From positions 1 to 28,649 of IMG/VR virus record IMGVR_UViG_3300017786_002712: a DNA stretch of 28,649 bases. One strand, given 5' to 3'. The position numbers and the translations under genes were made by a program. This DNA is from a virus (Duplodnaviria > Caudoviricetes). Under the pieces are notes generated by a model. The model saw only the letters and a list, made by a program, of their open reading frames with translations, was not told the origin of the DNA and searched no databases. Shown piece by piece: positions 1 to 8,891 of this stretch; within the stretch, counting starts at the first letter, position 1, and every line of letters starts with the position of its first letter.

Positions 1-1
1 A

Positions 2-439
2 TCACCAGACGCAGGTGGTGTTGTTCGTGCTAGGAAGTTTGCTGATATGTTTGGTGGCGACATTGCTATAGTAGACAAACGTAGACCAGAAGCAGGTAAG
101 AGCGAAGTAATGAATCTAATTGGTGATGTCAAAGGTAAACATGCTGTCTTGGTAGATGATATTGTTGACTCAGGTGGCACACTTTGTAATGCGGCAAAAG
201 CAATTATGGACGCAGGTGCCCACAGTGTTAGAGCATACATCACACATGGTGTACTATCGGGCGAAGCATGTCAACGTGTTGAGAAGAGTGTACTTGAAGA
301 ACTAGTAGTTACAGATAGTGTCCCTAATCGTTGTCCTAAGAATTGTAAAAAGACACGACAGGTTAGTGTTGCGCCTTTGTTTGGTGAAGCTATTAGACGT
401 GTAACAAACGAAGAAAGTGTTAGCTCTTTATTTGTGTAA
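2..439 (+). CDS. prs: Ribose-phosphate pyrophosphokinase, C-terminal part (5' truncated by window)
   Basis: Frame is open from base 2 ([13 protein letters not shown]); PRPP-binding motif [20 protein letters not shown] and C-terminal ESVSSLF are typical of Prs. Confidence 0.95.
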   Translation, partial: SPDAGGVVRARKFADMFGGDIAIVDKRRPEAGKSEVMNLIGDVKGKHAVLVDDIVDSGGTLCNAAKAIMDAGAHSVRAYITHGVLSGEACQRVEKSVLEELVVTDSVPNRCPKNCKKTRQVSVAPLFGEAIRRVTNEESVSSLFV

Positions 440-1181
440 TGTGTTTGATGTATTCAGTCATTGAATGATCGCCGAAGCTGTCTATCTTACCTTGCTTTAG
501 ACCCATCCATATACCACGCCACTTGTCTTTGACTAGTTGCCACCCAGTAGGCTTTCTGTAGTTTCCATAAGCATTTAGATAATGTTCTGTACCATGATGT
601 ACATAACCCATTACCCAAAGAGGAACAGTAGTAACGATATCGTTATTGTTCTTCCAACGATGATGTGTTACACCTAAACTTTTAACATATCCTCTCCAGC
701 CCACACGTGGTGAACCAAATGTATACAGTTCAACAGGATCGTTAAGTTCTACGTCATGTAAACAACGACTGGCCATTATAGTTGCCATTGCCGCTCCTAG
801 TGAGTGTCCACAGAACCATAGTGTCTTGCCTAAGTTTGCTTTACGATTAATATCTTCTGTAATAGCAGGCCATAGTTCGTCTACCTCTGCTTTGAACCCT
901 CTGTGTACTCTTGATACAGTTTCAGCCATCACCGGCAATGCTTTTAGATCAGCACTAATATCATTAAACTCTGTTGGTTCAGTTCCTCTACAAGCAATAA
1001 CAAGATCTGTCTTGTTCATAAAACGATATGCTTGTGCGCCTTCTTTGTTATAAAACTCTGTTGTTGTAAAGCCTAACCGTTTTGCTTGACTTGTTGCTTC
1101 TTTGACGTTATAATAAGAAATCTTAGCAAGTGTAGCAAACAGTAAGGATCTTTCTTCGAAACTCATGTTCATTATTGACAT
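420..1181 (-). CDS. Class 3 lipase (alpha/beta hydrolase), about 253 aa
   Basis: IACRGT, VHRGF, GHSLG nucleophile elbow, [18 protein letters not shown] and DHSM (catalytic His). Start set at ATG 1181 (MSIMN) because of the GAGGGAG RBS and the TATAAATA promoter just upstream. Confidence 0.9.
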   Translation of the reverse strand: MSIMNMSFEERSLLFATLAKISYYNVKEATSQAKRLGFTTTEFYNKEGAQAYRFMNKTDLVIACRGTEPTEFNDISADLKALPVMAETVSRVHRGFKAEVDELWPAITEDINRKANLGKTLWFCGHSLGAAMATIMASRCLHDVELNDPVELYTFGSPRVGWRGYVKSLGVTHHRWKNNNDIVTTVPLWVMGYVHHGTEHYLNAYGNYRKPTGWQLVKDKWRGIWMGLKQGKIDSFGDHSMTEYIKHITQIKS

Positions 1182-1207
1182 AATTGCTCCCTCGTTAGTT
1201 ACAAACA

Positions 1208-1228
1208 TATTTATAAGAACGCTAAATA
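1208..1228. promoter_or_regulatory. Back-to-back divergent T4-type late promoters
   Basis: TATAAATA on the - strand (1208-1215) faces the lipase; CTAAATA on the + strand (1222-1228) faces ORF 1248. Confidence 0.65.
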
Positions 1229-1247
1229 GTATTACGGAGCCTTTAAA

Positions 1248-1508
1248 ATGAAAAAACAAACGAGATCAATCTTAGAAGAACTAAATCGTTTAGATTTACA
1301 TAGAGATAAAGAAAAACTGATTGAATCAACGGGTAATAACCTAATTGAAAGTGTTATTAACCTATTTGATAAGATTCAAGAGCGTTATTCACCAGATGAA
1401 GCTCTGGAATTAGAAAGAAGATTTATCAATAGTATTAAATCCGCAGATCCACGTAAGTTCAAACGCGGTATCAGTAAAATAAATGAGGCAAAGAAAAATG
1501 ATTCTTAA
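1248..1508 (+). CDS. Hypothetical phage protein, 86 aa
   Basis: ORF with GGAG RBS and upstream late motif; overlaps the start of the next gene. Confidence 0.8.
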   Translation: MKKQTRSILEELNRLDLHRDKEKLIESTGNNLIESVINLFDKIQERYSPDEALELERRFINSIKSADPRKFKRGISKINEAKKNDS

Positions 1509-3876
1509 AGAAGGCGGCAACGTATTTAAATCTGAACCTGATAAGCAGATGATAACCACACGTATTCCTACTAAGTATGTAGGTCCTACAATTAAGTTCA
1601 TAGAAAAGATTGTTGGTTTTGAAATTGACGAACAGGATCGTTTAGGTACAACCGGCAAGAAAAATAATCCTGGAGGTTCATTTGAAGAAAACTCTTCAGG
1701 CGACATAGATCTTAATATTGACTTAAACAAAGTTAGTAAATCGGATATTATCGCAAAATTAAGTAATTGGTGTACAAAACAAGGCATCGCTCAAGAAGAT
1801 ATCATGAACAAAGGACGTTCTAAGCAAGACGGATGGGTACACAACGCAGGTGACCAAGTACATTTTCGTACGCCTATCCAAGGATCAGAAGGTTACGTTC
1901 AAACTGACTTTATGTTTACAGCAAACCCAGACTTTCAGCGTGGAGCCAAGCGTGGTGGTACAGAAGCATACGGCGGAGCATTGAGAGCAATGTTACTAGC
2001 AAGTGTTGCAAGAGGACGCGGATATAAGATGAGTCCTAAGTTTGGACTTGTTGATCCTAACAACGGCGATGAAGTTGTAGCAGACGATTGGAATAAGATA
2101 GCAGAAATATTATTGGGACCAGGCTCTACTGAAAAAGATACTCATACAGTTGAAAGTATGATTGCTAGACTTAGGAAAGATCCTAACTACGAAGAATTAA
2201 TTGCGCCTTTCGAATTTCAATTAGAAAAAGCAGGAAAGAAATTACCCGAAAGTAAAAATGCTTTGAGATCAGGAATAGATCTAGCAGAATTTACTAAAGC
2301 TGATAAGGCAGTTGCGGGATTGGCTCGTCCGGTTGTTAGAACAGGCGGAGACTTTTTAAAATCTATTGGAGCAGGCTTCCAAGCAGGCAAAGCCGCAGGT
2401 GACGGCGTTGGTGCTATGAAGCAAGCATATGGTGCCGCAGGCGGACCTAAAACTACACTAGGACAACTAAGTGGTAAAGTCAAAGATATGGTTGATAAAG
2501 CGGCTAAGTTTTGGAAACTAGATACACCTATCACAGGACGAAGTGGCGTAGACGCAGTTAAAGATAAGAATAAAAGTAAAGACGACAAGAACATGACTTG
2601 GTTCTACAGTGATAAACAAGGTATGGTATTTTGGAAAAAGAAAAATGGTACTTGGGCTAACGTAGACGGAAAGGCTGTATTAAATTCTCAAAAGGGTGAT
2701 GCGGCTTACAAAAAAGCAGACCTAAAAAGCGGAGCACCAACTCCCGAAAGTATTAAACAACCAACAACTATTTTAAATGAAGCGGCACGTATTGATCATA
2801 TTGAAGACTTGATATTCTTTGAAAGGTCTATTGGTGCTGTTCGTGCTTTAGAAGCATTGAAGAGATTAGAAAAAGGAGTTGAGGATGTCACAGTTAAATG
2901 GGACGGGTCTCCCGCTCTCGTTTTTGGCCGCAATGAAAATGGAGAGTTTGTGTTTACAGACAAGTCAGGATTTGTTAAGTCAGGCGGAGTTGAAAGAGCA
3001 ACTGATGCCGGCGACCTTGAACAACATTTACTTAATAGATCAGGTGGCAAGAACAGAAAAGATCCAAAGCGTATAGCATTTGCCGCAAAAATGAAAGATA
3101 TCTTTGCTGACTATGAAAAGGCTGTACCAAAAGATTATAGAGGTTATTTTAAAGGCGACTTACTATACTATACTACACCACCGGTAGAAGATGGACACTT
3201 TGTTTTTACTCCAAACATTGTTGAATACAGAGTAGATGTTAATAGTGATATAGGAAAACGAATTGGTAGATCTAAAACGGCTGTTGTAATACATAGACAA
3301 ATGGATGAAGAAGGAAACGAAAGTCCACTTCGAGACCCAAACATATTTACAGGCAACACAGTATTTGTTGTACCTCCAGTATATGTTGATAAGTCTCCTC
3401 CAGTAGACAATGTTAACATTCAACGTCTTGCTAAAATTATACAAAAAGATAGCAAAGACATTGATACACTATTAGATCCTGCTACACTAAAACAGCGTAA
3501 AATGACAGACTTTGGTAAAATACTTTACAAGTATACAAATAGTAAAGTAGATACAGGCTTAGATAATTTAGGCCGCGACTTTCTAAAATGGGTAGACAAT
3601 TCAACCCTTAGTGGACGTAAGAAACAAAACATTATTGAGTATGTTAAACTTCATATGAATGCGTTTACTAGTTTATGGGAAGTAGTAAACGGTATTATGA
3701 AAGTTAAGGATCAAGTTATTAAAGATATTGACAGCCAGGGTGCGGCTGTAAAAGCAAAACTAAAACCAACAGGTGTTGCCGGTGGAGAAGGCTATGTAAT
3801 AGCACATCCAGATGGTGACTTAAAATTAGTAAATAGAAGTGAATTTACTGCCGCTAATAGAGCAGTAGAAAGATAG
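1498..3876 (+). CDS. Multidomain probable virion protein: N-terminal Pol-beta-like nucleotidyltransferase, Glu-free linker, C-terminal RNA-ligase-like (DUF6267-like) domain
   Basis: Start MILKEGGNVFK at 1498 (GAGG upstream); LGTTG...SSGDIDL NTase signature; C-terminal KWDG, KGDLL, EGYVI and KLVNR resemble ligase motifs I, III, IV and V. Confidence 0.7.
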   Translation: MILKEGGNVFKSEPDKQMITTRIPTKYVGPTIKFIEKIVGFEIDEQDRLGTTGKKNNPGGSFEENSSGDIDLNIDLNKVSKSDIIAKLSNWCTKQGIAQEDIMNKGRSKQDGWVHNAGDQVHFRTPIQGSEGYVQTDFMFTANPDFQRGAKRGGTEAYGGALRAMLLASVARGRGYKMSPKFGLVDPNNGDEVVADDWNKIAEILLGPGSTEKDTHTVESMIARLRKDPNYEELIAPFEFQLEKAGKKLPESKNALRSGIDLAEFTKADKAVAGLARPVVRTGGDFLKSIGAGFQAGKAAGDGVGAMKQAYGAAGGPKTTLGQLSGKVKDMVDKAAKFWKLDTPITGRSGVDAVKDKNKSKDDKNMTWFYSDKQGMVFWKKKNGTWANVDGKAVLNSQKGDAAYKKADLKSGAPTPESIKQPTTILNEAARIDHIEDLIFFERSIGAVRALEALKRLEKGVEDVTVKWDGSPALVFGRNENGEFVFTDKSGFVKSGGVERATDAGDLEQHLLNRSGGKNRKDPKRIAFAAKMKDIFADYEKAVPKDYRGYFKGDLLYYTTPPVEDGHFVFTPNIVEYRVDVNSDIGKRIGRSKTAVVIHRQMDEEGNESPLRDPNIFTGNTVFVVPPVYVDKSPPVDNVNIQRLAKIIQKDSKDIDTLLDPATLKQRKMTDFGKILYKYTNSKVDTGLDNLGRDFLKWVDNSTLSGRKKQNIIEYVKLHMNAFTSLWEVVNGIMKVKDQVIKDIDSQGAAVKAKLKPTGVAGGEGYVIAHPDGDLKLVNRSEFTAANRAVER

Positions 3877-3886
3877 GAGAAAAACT

Positions 3887-4333
3887 ATGAAAATGAAAGA
3901 CCTAAATGAAAAGTACGGAGATGACGACTTTGGCCTAAAAAATGTAGGCCGTGAGTTAGATAACGACGAGCGTGGAATGAGTGGCGATGACTTTGGCGAT
4001 TCCAAAAACCATCCAGGTGAGCAGTTAAAGAAGATTCTAAATATTGGATCGCAACAAACAATCAAAACAACAGATGGCGAAGAAGTTGAAATAGATGATA
4101 AAACAGCGACATTACTTCGTAGTATGGTAGATGGAAGTATGGGGCCAGGTAGTATTGCTCATATGTTTAAAAATTCAGCAGTTCAAAGAATGGGTAGAAT
4201 AGTAATGGACTCAACTAAATTGAAAAAATTATTAACAGCTAATGGCCCTCAAGAAATGAAAAATATGATGGCGCAGATGGCTAATCTTTCAAGCACAGAT
4301 AAAAAACCAGACGGCGGCAGAAGTAACTACTAA
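3887..4333 (+). CDS. Hypothetical protein, putative internal head protein
   Basis: AGGAG RBS; N-terminus MKMKDLNE matches the shared motif of this block. Confidence 0.8.
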   Translation: MKMKDLNEKYGDDDFGLKNVGRELDNDERGMSGDDFGDSKNHPGEQLKKILNIGSQQTIKTTDGEEVEIDDKTATLLRSMVDGSMGPGSIAHMFKNSAVQRMGRIVMDSTKLKKLLTANGPQEMKNMMAQMANLSSTDKKPDGGRSNY

Positions 4334-5208
4334 TGGAATTTATTAAAGAACTTCACGAAGCTAGACTGACTAGGCAAGGTGGCGCACTAAAGACACTTAG
4401 CTATACAGACTGTTGCGAGAGAGCATATCTAACTATGCTCATACTAGAAGTTCTGCGTAACTTTCCAGAAACATATCCTATCGCTAAAGGTTACGCAAAG
4501 AAGACAAGCGGACACGATAACTACAAACATTTTAGAATGAACGGTACAGACTTGTATAACTTTGTATATTTTATTATAGGTGACGACGATGCTTTAGATA
4601 AGTTAAAAGACCCTGGTGCGGCCAAGAGAATGCGTAAGACAGTAACACTTCCTGTAATGGCATTCAATAGATATGTTAGTAAATTTGCTCAGGGACGTTC
4701 GTCAAACATGCAAGATCAACAAGATTTTATTAATATAGAAACAGCACTAGGTATTACTAACAGCGACTACAAAACTATACGTAGACAATTATTTGGATTT
4801 AATAATATTAGTCAGCGTGATAGAAAGAAATTAGTAACAAGATTAGTTTTAGCGGCAAGAGCTAAACTAAGAACAAGTGATATTATACAGTACTTAGAAG
4901 AATTAAGTGCTAAAAAGGATCTTGAACTATTTAGAATATCTGATCCAGAGCCAACTATTAGTTCACCAGATATTACAGTAACACCAAACGACATGTTGTC
5001 TTATAGATATGTAGTTGGTGATAAGAATTTAATGATGGCTAAAAGATTTTTAGAACTAGCAAAGACAGGTAAAAGTATACCAAGCAATATATTAAAAGGT
5101 TACTTACCAGCTATACAACTTATAGATGATATAGCAAAAGCAGGGCCAGGATACACCCAACAGCTAAGATTATTAGCAAATCGAGCCAAAAAAGCATCTA
5201 AAAAGTAG
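4333..5208 (+). CDS. Hypothetical protein, 291 aa, putative virion protein
   Basis: TAATG translational coupling; N-terminus MEFIKELHE. Confidence 0.85.
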   Translation: MEFIKELHEARLTRQGGALKTLSYTDCCERAYLTMLILEVLRNFPETYPIAKGYAKKTSGHDNYKHFRMNGTDLYNFVYFIIGDDDALDKLKDPGAAKRMRKTVTLPVMAFNRYVSKFAQGRSSNMQDQQDFINIETALGITNSDYKTIRRQLFGFNNISQRDRKKLVTRLVLAARAKLRTSDIIQYLEELSAKKDLELFRISDPEPTISSPDITVTPNDMLSYRYVVGDKNLMMAKRFLELAKTGKSIPSNILKGYLPAIQLIDDIAKAGPGYTQQLRLLANRAKKASKK

Positions 5209-5223
5209 TTTTTCCTCCAATAG

Positions 5224-5262
5224 ACTAAATACATATAACAACTTCGCAGAGTAGCGAATTGT
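5224..5262 (+). promoter_or_regulatory. Late promoter (ACTAAATA) followed by a 5'-UTR hairpin
   Basis: ACTAAATA at 5224-5231; hairpin ACAA-C-TTCGC/AGAGTA/GCGAA-TTGT at 5238-5262. Confidence 0.55.
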
Positions 5263-5291
5263 GTCATTAAGAGAAAACATAGGAGAAAAAA

Positions 5292-5624
5292 ATGGCCGGA
5301 GTAACAAAAGTAAATCAAGACGGACGCGATCATGGCGTTCAGTACAACACAGCAGATCTAATCGGTGTTGAAATCGATGCTATCGTATCATTAGCCGCTA
5401 AAGACGGTATTGACGGAGCATTGGCTCAAATCGTTGCTGAATTTTCACCAGTAATGTACAAGTCAACAGGTACAGCAGGTAAGATTTTTGCAATCGTTCA
5501 TGGACATGGACAGTCAGCTGCATCAATGCAAGTTAGACTACAGCACATGGGAACAGTAGACGGCGTCGACCTTTCAAGTGCAACAGTAACAGCACGTGAC
5601 TTAGACGGATTTGTAGCAACTTAA
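5292..5624 (+). CDS. Small, probably highly expressed structural protein, 110 aa
   Basis: Has its own late promoter, AGGAG RBS and terminator; Ala/Gly/Val-rich; skewed codon usage. Confidence 0.8.
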   Translation: MAGVTKVNQDGRDHGVQYNTADLIGVEIDAIVSLAAKDGIDGALAQIVAEFSPVMYKSTGTAGKIFAIVHGHGQSAASMQVRLQHMGTVDGVDLSSATVTARDLDGFVAT

Positions 5625-5646
5625 TAGTTGGTATAATTTTAATATT

Positions 5647-5677
5647 AAAAGGCTCAGTTTATACTGGGCCTTTTTTT
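5647..5677 (+). terminator. Rho-independent terminator
   Basis: AAAAGGCTCAGT-TTAT-ACTGGGCCTTTTTTT stem-loop with U tract. Confidence 0.9.
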
Positions 5678-5696
5678 ATGGCCGATAAGTAAGTAT

Positions 5697-6104
5697 ATGA
5701 AAGCACTAACTCTTATTGACATTACAGAAACTAATCAAACTCGTAATAGGAGTAATGATAAACTAGCCTGTTCACAACAAGCTAACTGGATGACATTTGT
5801 ACAAACGTTGATGTTGAGAACTAATGTAATGTGCAGTAAGCCAATAGTATCTGAATATACTGCCGCAGAGCTTAAGAAGTTAGGCTTTGGTACTGACTAT
5901 ACTGGCAAGCATAGAGTATGGGAAGTAGACTGTACAACAGATGAATACCAATACTTTCCACCCGTTGAAGCCCTCGAAGAAGATTTTAATATGGTGCCTG
6001 TTATTAGCGATCTAAATGAATCGATTGTGATAAATAATAATGTGTTTAGAACAACACCAAAGGCTAAAAATATTATATTCCAGGCAGACGATACTACTGA
6101 TTAG
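5697..6104 (+). CDS. Hypothetical phage protein, 135 aa
   Basis: Intact ORF immediately after GATAAGTA, a late-promoter variant. Confidence 0.8.
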   Translation: MKALTLIDITETNQTRNRSNDKLACSQQANWMTFVQTLMLRTNVMCSKPIVSEYTAAELKKLGFGTDYTGKHRVWEVDCTTDEYQYFPPVEALEEDFNMVPVISDLNESIVINNNVFRTTPKAKNIIFQADDTTD

Positions 6105-6159
6105 GCTAACTTAGAGTTTACTAACATCCTTTGAGCAAGGACTGAATGGAGAATATGAT

Positions 6160-6402
6160 ATGGCAAAAAGCCAAACAACAAGTTTAGAGCGTGAGAACCT
6201 AGAAGCACACGTTGATATGTGTGAACAGCGTTACATTAATCTAGAAGCACGTTTAGATAAAATTGAGTCTAAAGTCGAACATATTCATCTTGATATTACA
6301 AACGGTCAACAAAGCATGACCAAAGTTATTATTGGTGCCGCAGGCACAATAGTAGCAGGATTACTTTCTACAATAGTTGTAATCCTTATGAACCTTTCCT
6401 AA
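6160..6402 (+). CDS. Small coiled-coil protein with a C-terminal transmembrane helix (holin/XhlA-like architecture)
   Basis: GGAG RBS; heptad region LEARLDKIESKVE; hydrophobic VIIGAAGTIVAGLLSTIVVILM. Confidence 0.7.
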   Translation: MAKSQTTSLERENLEAHVDMCEQRYINLEARLDKIESKVEHIHLDITNGQQSMTKVIIGAAGTIVAGLLSTIVVILMNLS

Positions 6403-6426
6403 ACAAACATTTACATAAATACAATT

Positions 6427-6714
6427 ATGTTAATAAGCGAGATAACATCATCATCTGATCTTACGGAAAAGCAAATCTGGGGACGAACCGGTAAGAGACT
6501 AGTTCGTAAGTATAGATGCTCCGGTGGAGCACGTAAAGGACGCATTGTTTCTAAGATTGCGGCTTGTTTCGCCGCACCTAATATGAAAGCACGTATGACA
6601 ATGAAACGTACAAGAGCTAGACTAGGTGCCAAAATGATGCGTAAAGCAAGGAAAACTAAAAGAACAAATCCAGCGAGTATTGCTTTACGAAGAGTAAATA
6701 AAAGAGGAAGATAA
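6427..6714 (+). CDS. Highly basic protein, paralogue 1, putative DNA-binding internal protein
   Basis: CATAAATA at 6414-6421 just upstream; motif VRKYRCxxGxxKGRIVxK shared with the next ORF. Confidence 0.8.
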   Translation: MLISEITSSSDLTEKQIWGRTGKRLVRKYRCSGGARKGRIVSKIAACFAAPNMKARMTMKRTRARLGAKMMRKARKTKRTNPASIALRRVNKRGR

Positions 6715-7031
6715 TGTTAGTTGCGGATATTACAGAAGGAGCAGTATCAGTCCTAAGTAAAACAGGCAACAAAATGGTGCGTAAGTATCGTTGTACATCA
6801 GGAGTTAAAAAAGGACGTATTGTTGCTAAACCTAGTACATGTACTACAGCAATTAATGTAAAGAAAAGTGTCGGACTTAAGAAGACAAAAAGAAGAAAAG
6901 GTAGATTAATTGGCATTAAGAGTAGATTCGCAAAACGTAATAATCCTACTTCAAGAAGAATAGTAAGGTTAAATAAGAATAGATTAAAACCAACAAGACG
7001 TAGCACAGCTAAACGCAGGAGCATAAAATGA
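6714..7031 (+). CDS. Highly basic protein, paralogue 2
   Basis: TAATG coupling; VRKYRCTSGVKKGRIVAK and KRxNPxS shared with the previous ORF. Confidence 0.8.
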   Translation: MLVADITEGAVSVLSKTGNKMVRKYRCTSGVKKGRIVAKPSTCTTAINVKKSVGLKKTKRRKGRLIGIKSRFAKRNNPTSRRIVRLNKNRLKPTRRSTAKRRSIK

Positions 7032-7672
7032 AATTAAATGAAGTAAAACAATTAAGAGAAGACACTATGAGGCGTCAGCTTCAAGAAATGTTTCCTGATG
7101 CATCCCCTGAATTAATTAATGAAGCATTACCAGCGGCACTCGCAGGTGGTGTTAAAGCAGGTGCTCAGTTCCTTAAAAAAGCAGGACAGACGGCTGTAAA
7201 GGGTGCTAAGATGGCAGGTAAAGCGGCAGTAAAAGGAGCAAAAGTTGCGGCTCCAATTGTAAAGAAGGCCGCAGTAGCAGGAAAAGACGCTCTTGTAAAA
7301 GGTGGCAAAAAAGTTGCTGGTGAATTAGGACAAGCCTATCAAGGTGCTAAGAAAATAGGAAGTAATGTAGTAAAAGCAACAGGCGATGTAGCAAGTGCAA
7401 TGGGCGATGTAGCCGCAGACGTTAAAGCAGATTCTAAAGCAAAAGCAGACAGAATGAGAGCGGCACAAAGATCTAAACTAGCAGGTGGTAAAAATGCAGC
7501 TAAATTTAGTAGAGGTGTTGCTGATATTACTCAAGGTAAAGCAGTTACAGGAGCAATAGCATCAGAGCTTGCTCCACACATAGCAAACTTAGAAACAATC
7601 TTAGCCAACCCACAACTTACAACTAAATGGTTACAATTAGTTAAACAAGCAAAGCAGATGAGAGCACAGTAA
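7028..7672 (+). CDS. Ala/Gly/Lys-rich putative virion protein with degenerate 11-aa repeats
   Basis: AGGAG RBS; MKLNE N-terminus; GAKMAGKAAVK-type repeats. Confidence 0.8.
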   Translation: MKLNEVKQLREDTMRRQLQEMFPDASPELINEALPAALAGGVKAGAQFLKKAGQTAVKGAKMAGKAAVKGAKVAAPIVKKAAVAGKDALVKGGKKVAGELGQAYQGAKKIGSNVVKATGDVASAMGDVAADVKADSKAKADRMRAAQRSKLAGGKNAAKFSRGVADITQGKAVTGAIASELAPHIANLETILANPQLTTKWLQLVKQAKQMRAQ

Positions 7673-8241
7673 TGCGTTTTGACGAGTTCCGAATTAAAGA
7701 TGAAGAAGGTAATGCTATTAACGAGCATGTATATCTTAGAGGAAAACTTAAAGAAAAACATCCACATCTTACAGAAGAACAGTTAGATGAACTAGCGCCA
7801 TTAGCGGCACTTGTTCCATTAGCTGTTGGCGCAGGTGCGGCGGCGAGAGCGGGAGTAGCGGCACTTGGAGCAGGAGCAAGAGTAGCAGGCCAGGCGGCTG
7901 TCCAAGGAGCAAAAACATTAGGTAAAGCCGCAGTAAGTGGAGCAAAAGCATTAGGTAAAGCCGCAGTAAGTGGGGCAAAAAATTTAGCTGTTGGCGCGGC
8001 AAAAAGCGCGGCCCAGGGCGCGGCAAACATGGCAGCCAATAAAATAGATGATATGAAAAGAAAACAGTTATTAAAAAAAGGTAGTATGCTACCAACTAAT
8101 AAAGGTGATCTTAAGATAGATGACGTTAAGGGCGATGAAATAACTGTATCAGATCCTAAAAATGCGAAAGCCCGTAAAGTAATAATGCACAAAGATGATC
8201 CAGCCGTTAAACAAGGCATGGACATGATGATGAATAGATAA
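7672..8241 (+). CDS. Ala/Gly-rich putative virion protein with 11-aa repeats
   Basis: TAATG coupling; MRFDEF N-terminus; GAKxLGKAAVS repeats. Confidence 0.8.
   Translation: MRFDEFRIKDEEGNAINEHVYLRGKLKEKHPHLTEEQLDELAPLAALVPLAVGAGAAARAGVAALGAGARVAGQAAVQGAKTLGKAAVSGAKALGKAAVSGAKNLAVGAAKSAAQGAANMAANKIDDMKRKQLLKKGSMLPTNKGDLKIDDVKGDEITVSDPKNAKARKVIMHKDDPAVKQGMDMMMNR
7906..7987 (+). repeat. 33-bp coding tandem repeat, about 2.5 copies
   Basis: GGAGCAAAA(A/G)CATTAGGTAAAGCCGCAGTAAGT at 7906 and 7939; partial third copy at 7972. Confidence 0.9.
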
Positions 8242-8242
8242 A

Positions 8243-8449
8243 ATGAAATTAAACGAGTTACTATCAGACTTCCAAATACAGACAACTAATGAAGAAGAAG
8301 TCGTTTTAAAAAAGTGTGACTCATTACAACCAATACATATGTTTTCAGAGCGTGATAGATTCGTAATTGAAGGTCTAATACGTAAGAGTTTAGTAAGTAA
8401 AGTAGTACAAAACGGAACGGTATTGATTGTAAAAAATGATATACAATGA
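8243..8449 (+). CDS. Small hypothetical protein, 68 aa
   Basis: Tightly packed between its neighbours; MKLNELL N-terminus. Confidence 0.75.
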   Translation: MKLNELLSDFQIQTTNEEEVVLKKCDSLQPIHMFSERDRFVIEGLIRKSLVSKVVQNGTVLIVKNDIQ

Positions 8450-8864
8450 CACTTTAGCAAAAGAACTAGATTCGTTGATCACTGCCGGGCTTGATCAGTT
8501 ACCAATTCCTTATGAAAAAGGTAATAGCATACGTTTAAAACATATTGCTATACGCAAGCATAAAAACGGCTATAAACTCTTTAATACTAAAACTAATACA
8601 CATATGGTTACAGTTTTTTGTAAAACAGCCGCACTTGCTATCGCAAAATTAACTGTTGAATCTAACTTAAAATATATTGATCATGCTATAAGATTAGATA
8701 ATAAGGTGAATAAATACTACATGGACGCATTATTTGCCAAAAGAACCTTAGAAATATCCAAAGATCCGGTAAGACAAGAGAGTTCAGAGATAAAATTTGA
8801 TATAGCTATGGATGCCGCTTGGTCTTCATTAGCCGAACTAGAAACATTTATATTTGATAAATAA
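8436..8864 (+). CDS. Hypothetical phage protein, 142 aa
   Basis: Intact ORF in the operon; its last codons contain the late motif GATAAATA. Confidence 0.8.
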   Translation: MIYNDTLAKELDSLITAGLDQLPIPYEKGNSIRLKHIAIRKHKNGYKLFNTKTNTHMVTVFCKTAALAIAKLTVESNLKYIDHAIRLDNKVNKYYMDALFAKRTLEISKDPVRQESSEIKFDIAMDAAWSSLAELETFIFDK

Positions 8865-8891
8865 ATATAACACAATATAAAGGAACAGACG

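Noticed and set aside
6146-6160. Small TCCTT/AAGGA hairpin just upstream (about 6127-6141) of the holin-like gene's RBS as a regulatory RNA
   Set aside because: Only a 5-bp stem; too weak to support without comparative data
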